Source: an uncultured Acidobacteriota bacterium
Lineage (GTDB): Bacteria; Acidobacteriota; Thermoanaerobaculia; Gp7-AA8
Length of the DNA: 64,000 nt
Assembly: GCA_963821585.1 (NCBI GenBank)
Contig: CAWGEI010000003.1
Coordinates: 3,832,407-3,896,406, forward strand
Reading direction: 5' to 3'
Shown here one piece after another: positions 21,512-32,547 of this stretch. Positions within the stretch are counted from its first letter, which is position 1. Each line of letters begins with the position of its first letter. Position numbers and translations under genes: made by a program. The notes beneath the pieces are model-generated. The model was not told where the DNA came from. It searched no databases and saw only the letters and a list, made by a program, of their open reading frames with translations.

Positions 21512-22804
21512 TTAACGCTTTGCGAAAGCCTCGCTGAGAACTTCTCGTACTTTCAATCCTGACTGCGTCTTGTCGCACGCGAACACCTCTTTGTAGGCGA
21601 CGTGCGCGATGTAGTCCGTCATGGCGACGCGGTACGTGCTCTGTGGATCGACGGTCAGCGCAGTGACGTATGAGTCGGAACCGGCGGCGTCGAGCGCGCG
21701 CTGGAGCTGCGCGCCGCTCATCGTGCAGGCGACGATCTCGTTGTCGTACGGCATCGCCGCGCGGAGGATCTCCATGGTCAGCGGACCGGCCGGGAGGGGC
21801 TGGCGGAAACTGCTCTTCGTGGAGAGCGCGACGTCGGCCTTCGCGGCCTCGCGCATGACGTCGATGGTGCGGCGTGCGAGCGCCTCGGTCGACAGCGGCG
21901 CGTCGAGCTTGCCGATCACGGTGAAGAGGTCGCGATACTGCCGATCGCGCTCGAGCTCGCGCTGCATGGCCGCGACGCGCTTCGTTGTCCGCGCATCCTC
22001 GGGCAGCGATCCGTCGACGGGGATCAACCCGCCGCGCACGCTCGTCACCCGTCCCTCGGCCACCGTCACTTCCACGCGGCTGATGTAGGTGAGGTACTGC
22101 GACGGGGAGATGTACGTGGTGGTCGTATCGGGGATCTGGACGAGGTCGCGCTTCAGGTGACTGTGCGAACCGAAGATGAGGTCGATGCCGGGGACTTTGC
22201 GCGCCAGCTCGTAGTCGTCCTCGACTTCCTGATGGCCGATCATCACGACGACGTTCGCCTTCTGTTCGTCGCGCAGCACGCGCACGGCTTCCTTCGCGGC
22301 GGCGACGGGATCGCTGAAGGTCAGGCCCGGAACGTTGACGAGTTTCTGGAAGTCCGCGCCTGCCAGGGCGAACACGCCGACGCGGATGCCGCGGACGTCG
22401 AACGTGGCCGTGCCCTTGAAGCCGCTCGTGTTGGCACTGAGGATCGGATAACGCACGCTCTTCCGGCAACGCTCGAACGCGTCCCACCCGTAATCGACGT
22501 CGTGATTCCCAAGCGCCATGGCGTCGACGACACCGTTGAACCAGGACCATTCCGCGCACTGAAACTTGTCCGACCACGCCGGCGCGCCCTTGTTGACCGT
22601 GTCCCCCCCACTGAACACCAGCGCCCCGCCACGCTTCTGCGCCCGTAGATACCCGATCGCCCGCGCAACCCCACCCCGCTCGCCTTCGTCCGTGTAGAAC
22701 GGGAGGGCGTGGGAGTGGTAGTCGGAGAAATGGAGCAGGGTGACGGTGGTGTCGGCGGTCAAGGGGAAGGCTGTGAGGAGAAGGAAGAGCAGCTTGCGGA
22801 ACAC
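21512..22804 (-). CDS. secreted bifunctional metallophosphatase/5'-nucleotidase (UshA-like)
   Basis: Signal peptide. Calcineurin-like motifs (HFSDYHSH, GGDTVNKG, GNHDVDYG, GHQEV, GSHSH) and a 5'-nucleotidase C-terminal domain. Confidence 0.8.
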   Translation of the reverse strand: MFRKLLFLLLTAFPLTADTTVTLLHFSDYHSHALPFYTDEGERGGVARAIGYLRAQKRGGALVFSGGDTVNKGAPAWSDKFQCAEWSWFNGVVDAMALGNHDVDYGWDAFERCRKSVRYPILSANTSGFKGTATFDVRGIRVGVFALAGADFQKLVNVPGLTFSDPVAAAKEAVRVLRDEQKANVVVMIGHQEVEDDYELARKVPGIDLIFGSHSHLKRDLVQIPDTTTTYISPSQYLTYISRVEVTVAEGRVTSVRGGLIPVDGSLPEDARTTKRVAAMQRELERDRQYRDLFTVIGKLDAPLSTEALARRTIDVMREAAKADVALSTKSSFRQPLPAGPLTMEILRAAMPYDNEIVACTMSGAQLQRALDAAGSDSYVTALTVDPQSTYRVAMTDYIAHVAYKEVFACDKTQSGLKVREVLSEAFAKR

Positions 22805-22826
22805 GCGGGGAGTCTAGCAGGCCCGA

Positions 22827-22938
22827 TATGGAGTGCGGCGGCAAGGCCGCCGCTTTCGAATTCGTGTGGCGCGAGCAACACGCGCGCGGCTGACGGCAAA
22901 CGAATACGAAAGCGGCGGCCCTGCCGCCGCACTCCATA
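22827..22938. repeat. MITE-like element, family A (copy 2)
   Basis: tatggagtgcggcggcaaggccgccgctttcgaattcg ... cgaatacgaaagcggcggccctgccgccgcactccata. It fills the gap between the GerMN gene end and the nucleotidase start. Confidence 0.75.
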
Positions 22939-22959
22939 GATGCCTTCCGTACACGTCTA

Positions 22960-23730
22960 TTACGGCTGTAAAGCCAGCTTCTCGCTGCCGCCTGCTGTAA
23001 TCACGACCTTTTTTACAGACGGCAGCGTCTGCAGCGTGCGGGTCACGGACTCGCGGATCATTTGGGCCTGGCAGGAGCCGCCGACGTTCTGGAGGCGTTG
23101 GTTGAAGTCGACGGTGAGGACGCCGTCGCGGAGGTTGACGGATTCGACGCGGGAGCCGGACGGGAAGGGCGGGCCGGTGAGGAGGGTCTCGACGAGGAGG
23201 CGGGCGTGGGAGAGGGATTTGGGGATGCGGCGGGTGGTCGGGTGAACGGCGGTGCAGTTGGCGTCGGGGAGATACAACGTCGCGGCGATCAGGTCGACGG
23301 GATACGGGCGGGTCGTGGACACGAGATCCTGTTCGGCGCCGTCTTTGGCGGAGTATTCGAGGGCTTCGACGGTGATCTCGCCGCCGGGGTCGCGGGTCAC
23401 CCAGAGCGTGCCGCGATAGGGATTGTGATGGCCGATCTCTCCGGTGCTGGTGGTGAAGGTCTCGGAGATCAGCGCGCCGCGGGCGTCGCGGACGCGGAGG
23501 ACAACGTTGTTCTCGAAAGTGCGCGCGCGGCCGGTGACGATCACCGGGTTCGCCACTTCCACTGTGTCGAGATAGATGTTGCGCTCTACCGGAGCGGGCT
23601 GGGCGGGCGGCGAGGGCTGGGTGGATGGCGCGGCGGGTGGCGTGGCGGGTGGCGCTGAGGACGGCTGGCCGCACGCCAGGCACAAGAAACTTACAATAAT
23701 CAGTGACCGCACGTTGTATTCTCCCCTCAT
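22960..23730 (-). CDS. lipoprotein with a GerMN-like domain
   Basis: Lipobox FLCLACGQ, a Pro/Ala-rich linker, then a GerMN-like (sporulation/germination) beta domain. The N-terminal 117 aa of the ORF track are out-of-gene extension. Confidence 0.6.
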   Translation of the reverse strand: MRGEYNVRSLIIVSFLCLACGQPSSAPPATPPAAPSTQPSPPAQPAPVERNIYLDTVEVANPVIVTGRARTFENNVVLRVRDARGALISETFTTSTGEIGHHNPYRGTLWVTRDPGGEITVEALEYSAKDGAEQDLVSTTRPYPVDLIAATLYLPDANCTAVHPTTRRIPKSLSHARLLVETLLTGPPFPSGSRVESVNLRDGVLTVDFNQRLQNVGGSCQAQMIRESVTRTLQTLPSVKKVVITAGGSEKLALQP

Positions 23731-23749
23731 CTTCACAGGAGCCTGAAGC

Positions 23750-24823
23750 ATGAAACACACCTTCTTTGCTCTGCTCGTCTCCGTCAGCGCCTTTGCGCAA
23801 GTCCCGGTCGTCCAATCCATCATCCCGGACAAGGGTCCCGAATCCGGCGGAACGGAGGTCGTCATCCGGGGGATCAATCTCAGTACGCAGGTCGCCTGCA
23901 TCCTTCCCTGCCCGCCGCGGGTCGGCTTCGGCAACATCTTCGTCGACGCGACCGAGGTGTCGGACCAGCAGTTGAAGGCCACGACGCCCGTGCACTCCTC
24001 CGGAGTTGTCGACGTTACCATCGCCATCCCCGGACGGCCCAACCTGATCGTCGAAGACGGCTTCACGTTCGCCGACGACATCGAGAGCCCCTACGAGGCC
24101 GTGCTGCTGCCGCTGTATTTCCCGGGCATTATTCCGGGCGCCTTCGGCACACAGTGGGCAACGGATCTATGGATCCACAACGGCGGTACCGGGAGCGTTT
24201 CGATCGCCGACAAAGTCTGCCCTTCCACGACGCCCTGTCCGCCCGTCATTCCGGTGACCCGCCCGCTCGTCGCAGGCCATTCCCTCCACAATCCGACAGA
24301 GTTCTTCCGGCCGAGTCGCAACAATCCCAGCCAGATTCTGTACCTCTCCAAGGACGGAGCGAAGGACGTCTCGTTCGGATTGCGCGTGGCCGACACCTCG
24401 CGTCATGCGCTCAATGGCGGCACCGATCTTCCGGTCATCCGCGAAGGCGAGCTCCTGACCGGCACCGCGCAACTGCACAATGTCTCGCTGGAAAACAGCA
24501 CCTTCCGGATCCTGCTGCGCGTCTACGATTTGAGCTACAGCGAGGCGCAATTCGCCGTCCGCTTCTACCCGGCCACCCACGAGGACCCTCATCCGTCCGT
24601 CTACAGCCTGACGCTCACCGCCTCGACGCAGCGGCAGGCTCCGTTCCGCGCCGAGGCCGCGTACGCGGAGCTGGACATTGCACAGCTCCTCAACCTCCGC
24701 CTGGCCTGGCCGCAGGTGGCGCGCATCGAGATCGAGCCGCTGACGCCCGGCAGCCGCTACTGGGCCTTCGTCAGCCTGACGAACAACGAGACGCAGCTCG
24801 TCACGTTGATCACGCCGCAATAG
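23750..24823 (+). CDS. secreted protein with an N-terminal IPT/TIG domain
   Basis: Signal peptide MKHTFFALLVSVSAFA, TIG-like IIPDKGPESGGTEVVIRGINL, AGGAG RBS. Divergent from the GerMN gene. Confidence 0.55.
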   Translation: MKHTFFALLVSVSAFAQVPVVQSIIPDKGPESGGTEVVIRGINLSTQVACILPCPPRVGFGNIFVDATEVSDQQLKATTPVHSSGVVDVTIAIPGRPNLIVEDGFTFADDIESPYEAVLLPLYFPGIIPGAFGTQWATDLWIHNGGTGSVSIADKVCPSTTPCPPVIPVTRPLVAGHSLHNPTEFFRPSRNNPSQILYLSKDGAKDVSFGLRVADTSRHALNGGTDLPVIREGELLTGTAQLHNVSLENSTFRILLRVYDLSYSEAQFAVRFYPATHEDPHPSVYSLTLTASTQRQAPFRAEAAYAELDIAQLLNLRLAWPQVARIEIEPLTPGSRYWAFVSLTNNETQLVTLITPQ

Positions 24824-24827
24824 AAAT

Positions 24828-24861
24828 AAAAAGGGCGCACCGAGGTGCGCCCTTTCGTTTT
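24828..24861. terminator. bidirectional rho-independent terminator
   Basis: aaataaaaa-GGGCGCACC-gagg-TGCGCCC-tttcgtttt. A GC stem flanked by an A-run and a T-run, between convergent genes. Confidence 0.8.
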
Positions 24862-24878
24862 CGAGAACCGGAACCGCA

Positions 24879-25436
24879 TTATTTCTTGACGTCGCCCTGC
24901 ATCTCTTTGATCGCGGCTTCCCGTCCCTTTTCCTTGGCGATCTTCGCGTACTGCGCGCGCTTGTTCGCAGGATACCGGCGGACGAGGGCGAGATAGCGGC
25001 CCTGGAGCTGGCGCGACGCGAGCTGCTCGGGAGTGATCGCCGCACGGGCCTTGCGGCCGCGCTTCCGACCACCGGTTGCACCTTCAGGTGCGGGGGCGGC
25101 AGCGGCGGCAGTGGCGGGCGGACGTCCCGGCGGACGGCCAGGCGGGCGTCCCGGTGGGCGGCCCGGACGGCCGGGCGGGCGTCCCGGCGGACGGCCCGGC
25201 TTACGGCCGCGGCGCGCGGGCGCGGGGGCGGCGGCTCCGGCGGCAGCAGCAGCGCCGGCGGCGTCTTTCAGACGCGCGAGACGCTCCTCGAGATCAGTGA
25301 TCTCGCGGCCCATCTCCGACACATACCCGCTGATGTCATCTGCCGATACACGGCGGTCTTTGATCAAACGCTCCAACACGTAATGAGACTGACCCGGTGA
25401 AAGTGAACCCTGATATTGACGGCGTGGTCTTGCCAT
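24879..25436 (-). CDS. DNA-binding-like protein with an AT-hook-like (G/R)RPPG tandem repeat
   Basis: GAGGAGG RBS 9 nt before the ATG (MARPRRQ). Coiled-coil N-terminus. A central RRGRKPGRPPGRPPGRPGRPPGRPPGRPPGRPP stretch is encoded by a 12/15-nt tandem repeat at about 25095-25215. Basic C-terminus. Confidence 0.5.
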   Translation of the reverse strand: MARPRRQYQGSLSPGQSHYVLERLIKDRRVSADDISGYVSEMGREITDLEERLARLKDAAGAAAAAGAAAPAPARRGRKPGRPPGRPPGRPGRPPGRPPGRPPGRPPATAAAAAPAPEGATGGRKRGRKARAAITPEQLASRQLQGRYLALVRRYPANKRAQYAKIAKEKGREAAIKEMQGDVKK

Positions 25437-25560
25437 AAATGAAATCCTCCTCAACGACGCACAGAGTCTTGTGCAACATTACAGCCATTGTCAACCGAAA
25501 AGGACAGGGGGCGAGCCGTTTCCGGCTCGCCCCCTGCTTTTGACGATTGAATAACGCCGA

Positions 25561-27068
<1,508 letters not shown>

Positions 27069-27205
27069 TGAGATGGCTCCTGTTCGATTGCTTGTCCCGG
27101 CACCTGGGCGGGTCTTCCGGCGGCGCGCGGGCGGGGTACGAAGGACGGAATTCTAGCGCAAGACGAGTAGAATCGAGAGCAGACTCGGATCCAAAGAAGG
27201 ACAAC

Positions 27206-28261
27206 ATGTTCGAAACCTCAGCGGTGCCGCCGAAGTTCAAGGCGCGGTTTCCGGTCAAAGTGCCCTCGTTCTCGTTCCGCGGCGGGCGGATCCTCGGGTT
27301 TCTCTTCAAGATCCTGCTGGTGCTCTCTCCCCTGCTCTTCCTGAGAGGCTGCCTCATCACGTACGTCTCTCCCGACCAGATCGGCCTCCGCCAGATCTCT
27401 TTCGGGCCGAACAAGGGGCTCCAGAAAACACTGGTCAGCGCGGGCTATCGCCGGCAGATCCGCGGCTACGAGACGATCCGCACGTTTCCGCGCGACCTGC
27501 AGATCATCGACTTCACCAACAATCCGGCCGAGCGCGGCCCGGACCATCGCACCGTGGGCGCGATCAACGTCCCGACCGTCGACGGCTATCCGGTCGCCCT
27601 GGACGTCACGGTGATCTATCGCATTGCCGACCCGTTCAAGGTCGTCTCGCGGTTCGGCTTCGGACGCGCGTTCGAGGACAACGTCGTCATCCGCCTCACC
27701 GACCCCACGGTCAAACAGCACCTCGGCGAGCTCCGCGCCGAGGAGTTCTACCGCGACAAACGCCTGATCAAGGCACACCACCTGCGCGATGAGCTGGCCG
27801 CGGCGTTCCGCGAGAACGGGATCCAACTGGCCGACGTTCTCATCCGGCAGTACGACTATCCCGACACCTTTCAGTCGCTGACCGAACAGAAGAAGATTCA
27901 GGACCAGTCGGTGCTGACGAACCGCGCACTGGCGAAACAGGCCGAAGTCGAGACGCGGCTGAAACTGATGGTCGCGCAGGGACAGAACCTCATCAACATC
28001 AGGACTGCCGAATATCAGGCGCAGATCACCGGCATCAACGCACAACGCGAGCTGTATGAGCGGTCGCGACACGCCGAGGCGGACCTGCTCGTGCGCAAAG
28101 CCGAGGCCCAGGGGTCGGAGATGATCAACCGGTCGATGGAAGGGCCGGGATCGGAGAAGCTGCTGAAGCTGCGCAAAGGCCTCGCGCTGCTGAACAGCAT
28201 CAAGGGTCCGATCTACATCAACGACGATCCGACGGACCTCGGAAAGCTGGGAGGACAATAG
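27206..28261 (+). CDS. SPFH/band-7 (HflK/prohibitin-like) membrane protein
   Basis: N-terminal TM segment, SPFH domain and a coiled-coil C-terminus. AAGAAGGA RBS. Confidence 0.8.
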   Translation: MFETSAVPPKFKARFPVKVPSFSFRGGRILGFLFKILLVLSPLLFLRGCLITYVSPDQIGLRQISFGPNKGLQKTLVSAGYRRQIRGYETIRTFPRDLQIIDFTNNPAERGPDHRTVGAINVPTVDGYPVALDVTVIYRIADPFKVVSRFGFGRAFEDNVVIRLTDPTVKQHLGELRAEEFYRDKRLIKAHHLRDELAAAFRENGIQLADVLIRQYDYPDTFQSLTEQKKIQDQSVLTNRALAKQAEVETRLKLMVAQGQNLINIRTAEYQAQITGINAQRELYERSRHAEADLLVRKAEAQGSEMINRSMEGPGSEKLLKLRKGLALLNSIKGPIYINDDPTDLGKLGGQ

Positions 28262-28263
28262 CC

Positions 28264-29277
28264 ATGAAAGCACTCGTGATCGCCATCGCGACGGTGCTGG
28301 CGCTGTCCGCCTGCACTCCTCATACGACCGAAGCGACCGAAGTCGGCGTGCGCTTCAACAAGATCACCCGCGCGACCGAGATCATGCAGCCCGGCGCGAC
28401 GTATTTCTTCACGCCGATCGTCAATGACTGGACGAAGTACGACACGTCGACGCAGAGCCTGATCATGTCGGCGAAAGTGGCGGGCGACAAAGGCGCGAAG
28501 GACGATCTGCGGTTCAAGACGCGCGACGGCAACGACATCGAGACCGACGTGACGGTGCGCTGGCGCATCGATCCGTCGAAAGCGCCCCATATCTGGCAGT
28601 TCTCCGCGCCTTCCACGACGACGCTCCGCGAGCGGATCGTCCGTCCGCAAGCGCGGGCGTATGTGCGCGACGTGCTCAATCGTCTGGATTCCGAGGAGTA
28701 CTACAACCCCGACCTCCGCTTCCGTGCGGCGAACGACGCCACCCGCATCGTCGGCGCGCACCTCTCGCCCTACGGCATCATCGTCGAGCAGGTCATCCTG
28801 GGCGATTTCTCGTTCAAGCCGGATTACCAGACCCTCATCAATCAGCGCAAAGAGGCGGAGAAGCAGGCCGAGAAGCTCGAGGCGCAGATCCTGGCGACGC
28901 AGGAAGCGAATCAGGCCAACCTGCAGACGAAGCTCGCGGAGCTGACGGAGCAGTTGACGCGCTCGCAGGGCGAGTTCGAACAGGCCAAGCGGGCGGCGGA
29001 CGCGTACCTCGTGCGCCGCGAGCAGGAAGCCCAGGCCGTGATCGCGGAAAAGACCGCGGTCGCCGAGGGAATCCGGAGAGAGCGGGCGGCGCTCAATGGC
29101 AGCGCGGGCGACGCGTATGTGAGTCTGCAGCTCATCGACGCGCTGCAGAAGAAGGAGATCCGCCAGATCCCGAGGCTGCCGGACGGAAACGTGATCATCG
29201 ACGGCAACAAGCTGTTGCAGCAGCTCGGCATTCTGCGGACGATCCAGCAACAGCAGGCGGAGCCGCCGCAGCAGTAG
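28264..29277 (+). CDS. SPFH/band-7 (HflC-like) lipoprotein, partner of the preceding gene
   Basis: Lipobox LALSACT, SPFH domain, long coiled coil. Tandem with the preceding SPFH gene. Confidence 0.8.
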   Translation: MKALVIAIATVLALSACTPHTTEATEVGVRFNKITRATEIMQPGATYFFTPIVNDWTKYDTSTQSLIMSAKVAGDKGAKDDLRFKTRDGNDIETDVTVRWRIDPSKAPHIWQFSAPSTTTLRERIVRPQARAYVRDVLNRLDSEEYYNPDLRFRAANDATRIVGAHLSPYGIIVEQVILGDFSFKPDYQTLINQRKEAEKQAEKLEAQILATQEANQANLQTKLAELTEQLTRSQGEFEQAKRAADAYLVRREQEAQAVIAEKTAVAEGIRRERAALNGSAGDAYVSLQLIDALQKKEIRQIPRLPDGNVIIDGNKLLQQLGILRTIQQQQAEPPQQ

Positions 29278-29286
29278 GATACCCCC

Positions 29287-29904
29287 ATGCTCAATATCGC
29301 AGGACCGGAGTACGACTTCGGGAACGTGGTCTTCGCCGTGCTCACGGAGTGCGAGCACCGGAGGCGCGGCTTCGACGACCAGGAGCTCGAGCAGCAGTTG
29401 CTCCACACGGCCCGCAAGAAGCTGGCGAAGATCAAGGCCGCGTATGACGAATTCGGCGGCGCGCCGTCGTACTGGGAGTCGCTGGAGACGGAAGTGCTGA
29501 AGACGGCCATGCCGCAGTACATGGTCGCGGCGCGGGAGATGAACGAGCTGGAGCGCGAGAAGTTCGGCGTATGGCGCGGCGGCGATCCGCTGGCGCGGAT
29601 CGCGTTCGCGGTGGGCGGGCTGCTGCTCGCGTGGCTGCTGTTCTTCGTGCCGTTCGTGAGGCTGTTCGAGGCGGCGTTCATGGTCACGCTGGTGGCGACA
29701 GGATTCTTCTTCCCGGACCTCAAGCGGTTCACGCACGAGCGGCGGCATACGCGCATGCTCAATCGGCTGGTGGCCGAGGCGGCGGCGTATCAGCAGAACG
29801 CGAAGCTGCACTACATGACGACCACGGACATCCGGGAGTCGTTCGCACTGAACTCACCGCCGCTGCCGTCCGAGCGCAGCGAGGCGGAGAAGATCGCGGA
29901 GTGA
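29287..29904 (+). CDS. hypothetical membrane protein (two TM segments)
   Basis: ORF with conserved operon position. TM segments AFAVGGLLLAWLLFFVPFV / FMVTLVATGFFF. Confidence 0.5.
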   Translation: MLNIAGPEYDFGNVVFAVLTECEHRRRGFDDQELEQQLLHTARKKLAKIKAAYDEFGGAPSYWESLETEVLKTAMPQYMVAAREMNELEREKFGVWRGGDPLARIAFAVGGLLLAWLLFFVPFVRLFEAAFMVTLVATGFFFPDLKRFTHERRHTRMLNRLVAEAAAYQQNAKLHYMTTTDIRESFALNSPPLPSERSEAEKIAE

Positions 29905-30578
29905 GCGTCCCTCGGATCGTGGCGATCGGCGGCGGCGGCTTCCTGATGGAGGACAACCCGCGCGTGGACCGCTGGATTCTCTCGCTGGCGCGGGGACGGC
30001 GCGTCCTCTTCGTTCCCACGGCGAGCGGCGACTCGGATTGGGCGATCTCGCGGTTTGACGACGCGTACCGGAAGCTCAATTGCAAGGCGTCGCATCTGCC
30101 GCTGTTCAACCGTCACCACGTGGATCTGCGCGAGGTCGTGCTGTCGCAGGACGTGATTTTCGTCGGCGGCGGCAATACGGCGAACATGCTCGCGGTGTGG
30201 CGGGTCCACGGCGTGGATGCGCTGCTGCGGGAGGCGTGGGAGTCGGGGATCGTGCTGTGCGGCGTGAGCGCCGGCGCGCTCTGCTGGTTCGAAGCGGGAC
30301 TGACGGATTCGTTCGGACCGGAGCTCCAGCCGATGCACGACGGGTTGGGGTTTCTGCCGGGGAGCTTCTGTCCGCACTACGACGGAGAGGGGCGGCGGCC
30401 GGGATTCACGCGCGCGGTTGCCTCGGGCGCGCTGCCGCCCGGGTATGGGGCGGATGACGGGGTGGGTGTGTTGTTCGAGGGGACGGCGCTGACGGATGCC
30501 GCGGCGTCGCGCCCTCGGGTTGGTGCCTATCGCGTTGAGCGCGATGGCGAGATACCGCTACCCACACGCCGGTTGTAA
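29901..30578 (+). CDS. peptidase E-like (S51 family) / type-1 glutamine amidotransferase-like protein
   Basis: The GTG start overlaps the upstream stop. IVAIGGGGF...LFVPTASGDS...VIFVGGGNTANML...LCGVSAGALCW is peptidase E-like. Confidence 0.65.
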   Translation: MSVPRIVAIGGGGFLMEDNPRVDRWILSLARGRRVLFVPTASGDSDWAISRFDDAYRKLNCKASHLPLFNRHHVDLREVVLSQDVIFVGGGNTANMLAVWRVHGVDALLREAWESGIVLCGVSAGALCWFEAGLTDSFGPELQPMHDGLGFLPGSFCPHYDGEGRRPGFTRAVASGALPPGYGADDGVGVLFEGTALTDAAASRPRVGAYRVERDGEIPLPTRRL

Positions 30579-30580
30579 TT

Positions 30581-30690
30581 TGGAGTGCGGCGGCAGCGCC
30601 GCCGCTTTCGAATTCACTTGTCGTCAGCCGCAACGGTTCCGCACTTGCCTCGCGAATTGGAAAGCGGAGGCGTTGCCTCCGCACTCCATA
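30581..30690. repeat. MITE-like element, family A (copy 3)
   Basis: ttggagtgcggcggcagcgccgccgctttcgaattc ... gaattggaaagcggaggcgttgcctccgcactccata. It exactly fills the gap between two convergent stops (30578 and 30691). Confidence 0.75.
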
Positions 30691-31149
30691 TCAACGCCTG
30701 TAAACCCCCTCTTCGCCGAAGAGTTTGGGGTTGTCCCGGTTCGCCTCGATCACCTTCAACAACCCCTCCCGATCGCGCGTCGTCTCCGGCACGACCTCCG
30801 TACGCACGGCGCGGATCGTCAGGCGCTTGCCGTCCTCGGACAACTTCCACTCGAGGAACACCCACTTGCGCTCGCTGTCATTGAGGTTCTGCACGGACAG
30901 CAACTGCAGTCCCGCGACGTCCGAGTGGAACGCGCGATAGAGGTCGCCGTTGTACGCGACGACGTAGTGCCGGTCGTCGTACAGGCGGATGTCCATCTTC
31001 TCGTCCTCGTCCGGCGCCGTCATCGTCCACGTCCCGGCGAGCCGCGCGTCCGCGGCGCGCGTCGGCTCCGCGGTCAAGGGGATGTCGTAGGTATAGGAGA
31101 ACAGCACGAGCGCGCACGCGAGGACGGTGATGGTCCGCATGGAGTACAT
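30691..31149 (-). CDS. hypothetical secreted protein
   Basis: GGGAGAG RBS, signal peptide MYSMRTITVLACALVLFS. No family recognised. Confidence 0.45.
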   Translation of the reverse strand: MYSMRTITVLACALVLFSYTYDIPLTAEPTRAADARLAGTWTMTAPDEDEKMDIRLYDDRHYVVAYNGDLYRAFHSDVAGLQLLSVQNLNDSERKWVFLEWKLSEDGKRLTIRAVRTEVVPETTRDREGLLKVIEANRDNPKLFGEEGVYRR

Positions 31150-31165
31150 GCTACTCTCCCGCGCC

Positions 31166-32503
31166 ATGGCAGAGTCCGTGCGGCGGATCCCCCTTCACAC
31201 GAAGATTTTGATCGGGCTGGTCGCGGGCGCGATCGTCGGCGGAACGCTGAACAGCGTTCTCGGCGCGAAGAACGTGAACCTGGCGTTCGTCACCGAGCAC
31301 ATCACGAATCCGGTCGGGATGCTCTGGATCCGCCTGCTGCTGCTCCTCGTCGTGCCGCTGGTCTTCTCCAGCCTCGTCGTGGGCGTGGCCGGCCTCGGCG
31401 ATCTGCGCCGCATCGGCCGGATCGGCGTGAAGTCGCTCGTTTACACGCTCATCGTCTCAGCCATCAGCGTCGTCATCGGACTCACGCTCGCCAACACGAT
31501 CAAGCCGGGCAAGCGCATCGATCCGGGGGTCAGCGCACTGCTCCAGGAGCAGTACGGCCAGGACGCCAAGGAGCGCGTCGAGACCGCCGTCAGCGGCGCG
31601 AAGTCCCCCGACACGCCGCTCCTCAAAGCGGTGAAGACGGTCGTTCCGACGAACATCTTCTACTCGGTCAGCCGCGAGACGCCGGACATGCTCGGGCTGA
31701 TGTTCTTCGCGCTCTTCCTCGGCATCTGTCTGACGATGGTCCCGTCGCTGACGGCGGCTCCGCTGATCTCGGTGCTGGAGGCGGTCTTCGCGGCGGTGCA
31801 GGCGGGCATTCAGATCGTGATGCGGCTGGCGCCGTACGCGGTGTTCTGCATGCTGTTCACGATGACGTCGCGGTTCGGGTTCGGCCTGCTGGTCAGCCTC
31901 GGATGGTTCGTCGCCACGGTGCTCCTCGGCCTGGCGCTGCACATGTTCGGCGTCTATTCGCTGTCCGTGTGGCTGATGTCGCGCATCAATCCCCTGGAGT
32001 TCTTCCGGCGGATCAAGACGGTGATGATCACGGCGTTCTCGACGTCGTCGTCGAACGCGACGCTCCCGACCGCGCTGCGGGTGTCCGAGGAGAACCTCGG
32101 CGTGCCGCGCGACATCAACTCGTTCGTGCTCACCGTCGGCGCGACGGCGAATCAGAACGGCACCGCTCTCTACGAAGGCGTGACTGTGCTGTTCCTCGCG
32201 CAGCTCGCGGGGGTGGATCTATCGATCGGGCAGCAGCTGATGGTGGTCTACCTGGCCATCCTCGGCGGCATCGGTACGGCCGGGGTCCCGTCGGGGTCGA
32301 TCCCGTTCATCATCGTCGTGCTCGCGCAGATCGGCGTGAATCCGGCGCTGATCGCCATCATCCTCGGCGTGGACCGTATCCTCGACATGTGCCGCACGGT
32401 GCTGAACGTGACGGGCGACCTCACCATCGCCACGTACGTGGCGCGGTCCGAGGGGGTGGAGTTGCTGAAGGAGACTCCAGTGCCGGCGGTCGTGGACCTT
32501 TAG
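31166..32503 (+). CDS. dicarboxylate/amino acid:cation symporter (DAACS, GltP/DctA family)
   Basis: Eight to ten TM segments and hallmark motifs SSSNATLP, NQNGTALYEG, GVPSGS...VDRILDMCRT. Confidence 0.85.
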   Translation: MAESVRRIPLHTKILIGLVAGAIVGGTLNSVLGAKNVNLAFVTEHITNPVGMLWIRLLLLLVVPLVFSSLVVGVAGLGDLRRIGRIGVKSLVYTLIVSAISVVIGLTLANTIKPGKRIDPGVSALLQEQYGQDAKERVETAVSGAKSPDTPLLKAVKTVVPTNIFYSVSRETPDMLGLMFFALFLGICLTMVPSLTAAPLISVLEAVFAAVQAGIQIVMRLAPYAVFCMLFTMTSRFGFGLLVSLGWFVATVLLGLALHMFGVYSLSVWLMSRINPLEFFRRIKTVMITAFSTSSSNATLPTALRVSEENLGVPRDINSFVLTVGATANQNGTALYEGVTVLFLAQLAGVDLSIGQQLMVVYLAILGGIGTAGVPSGSIPFIIVVLAQIGVNPALIAIILGVDRILDMCRTVLNVTGDLTIATYVARSEGVELLKETPVPAVVDL

Positions 32504-32547
32504 CGGTCAGTTAGAATGAGCCGTCCCATGTGACGGGTGCGACGGGT

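Noticed and set aside
21408-23995. 509-aa and 393-aa minus-strand Arg-rich ORFs
   Set aside because: Alternate frames of the 5'-nucleotidase and GerMN genes, spanning the family-A element. No domain signal.
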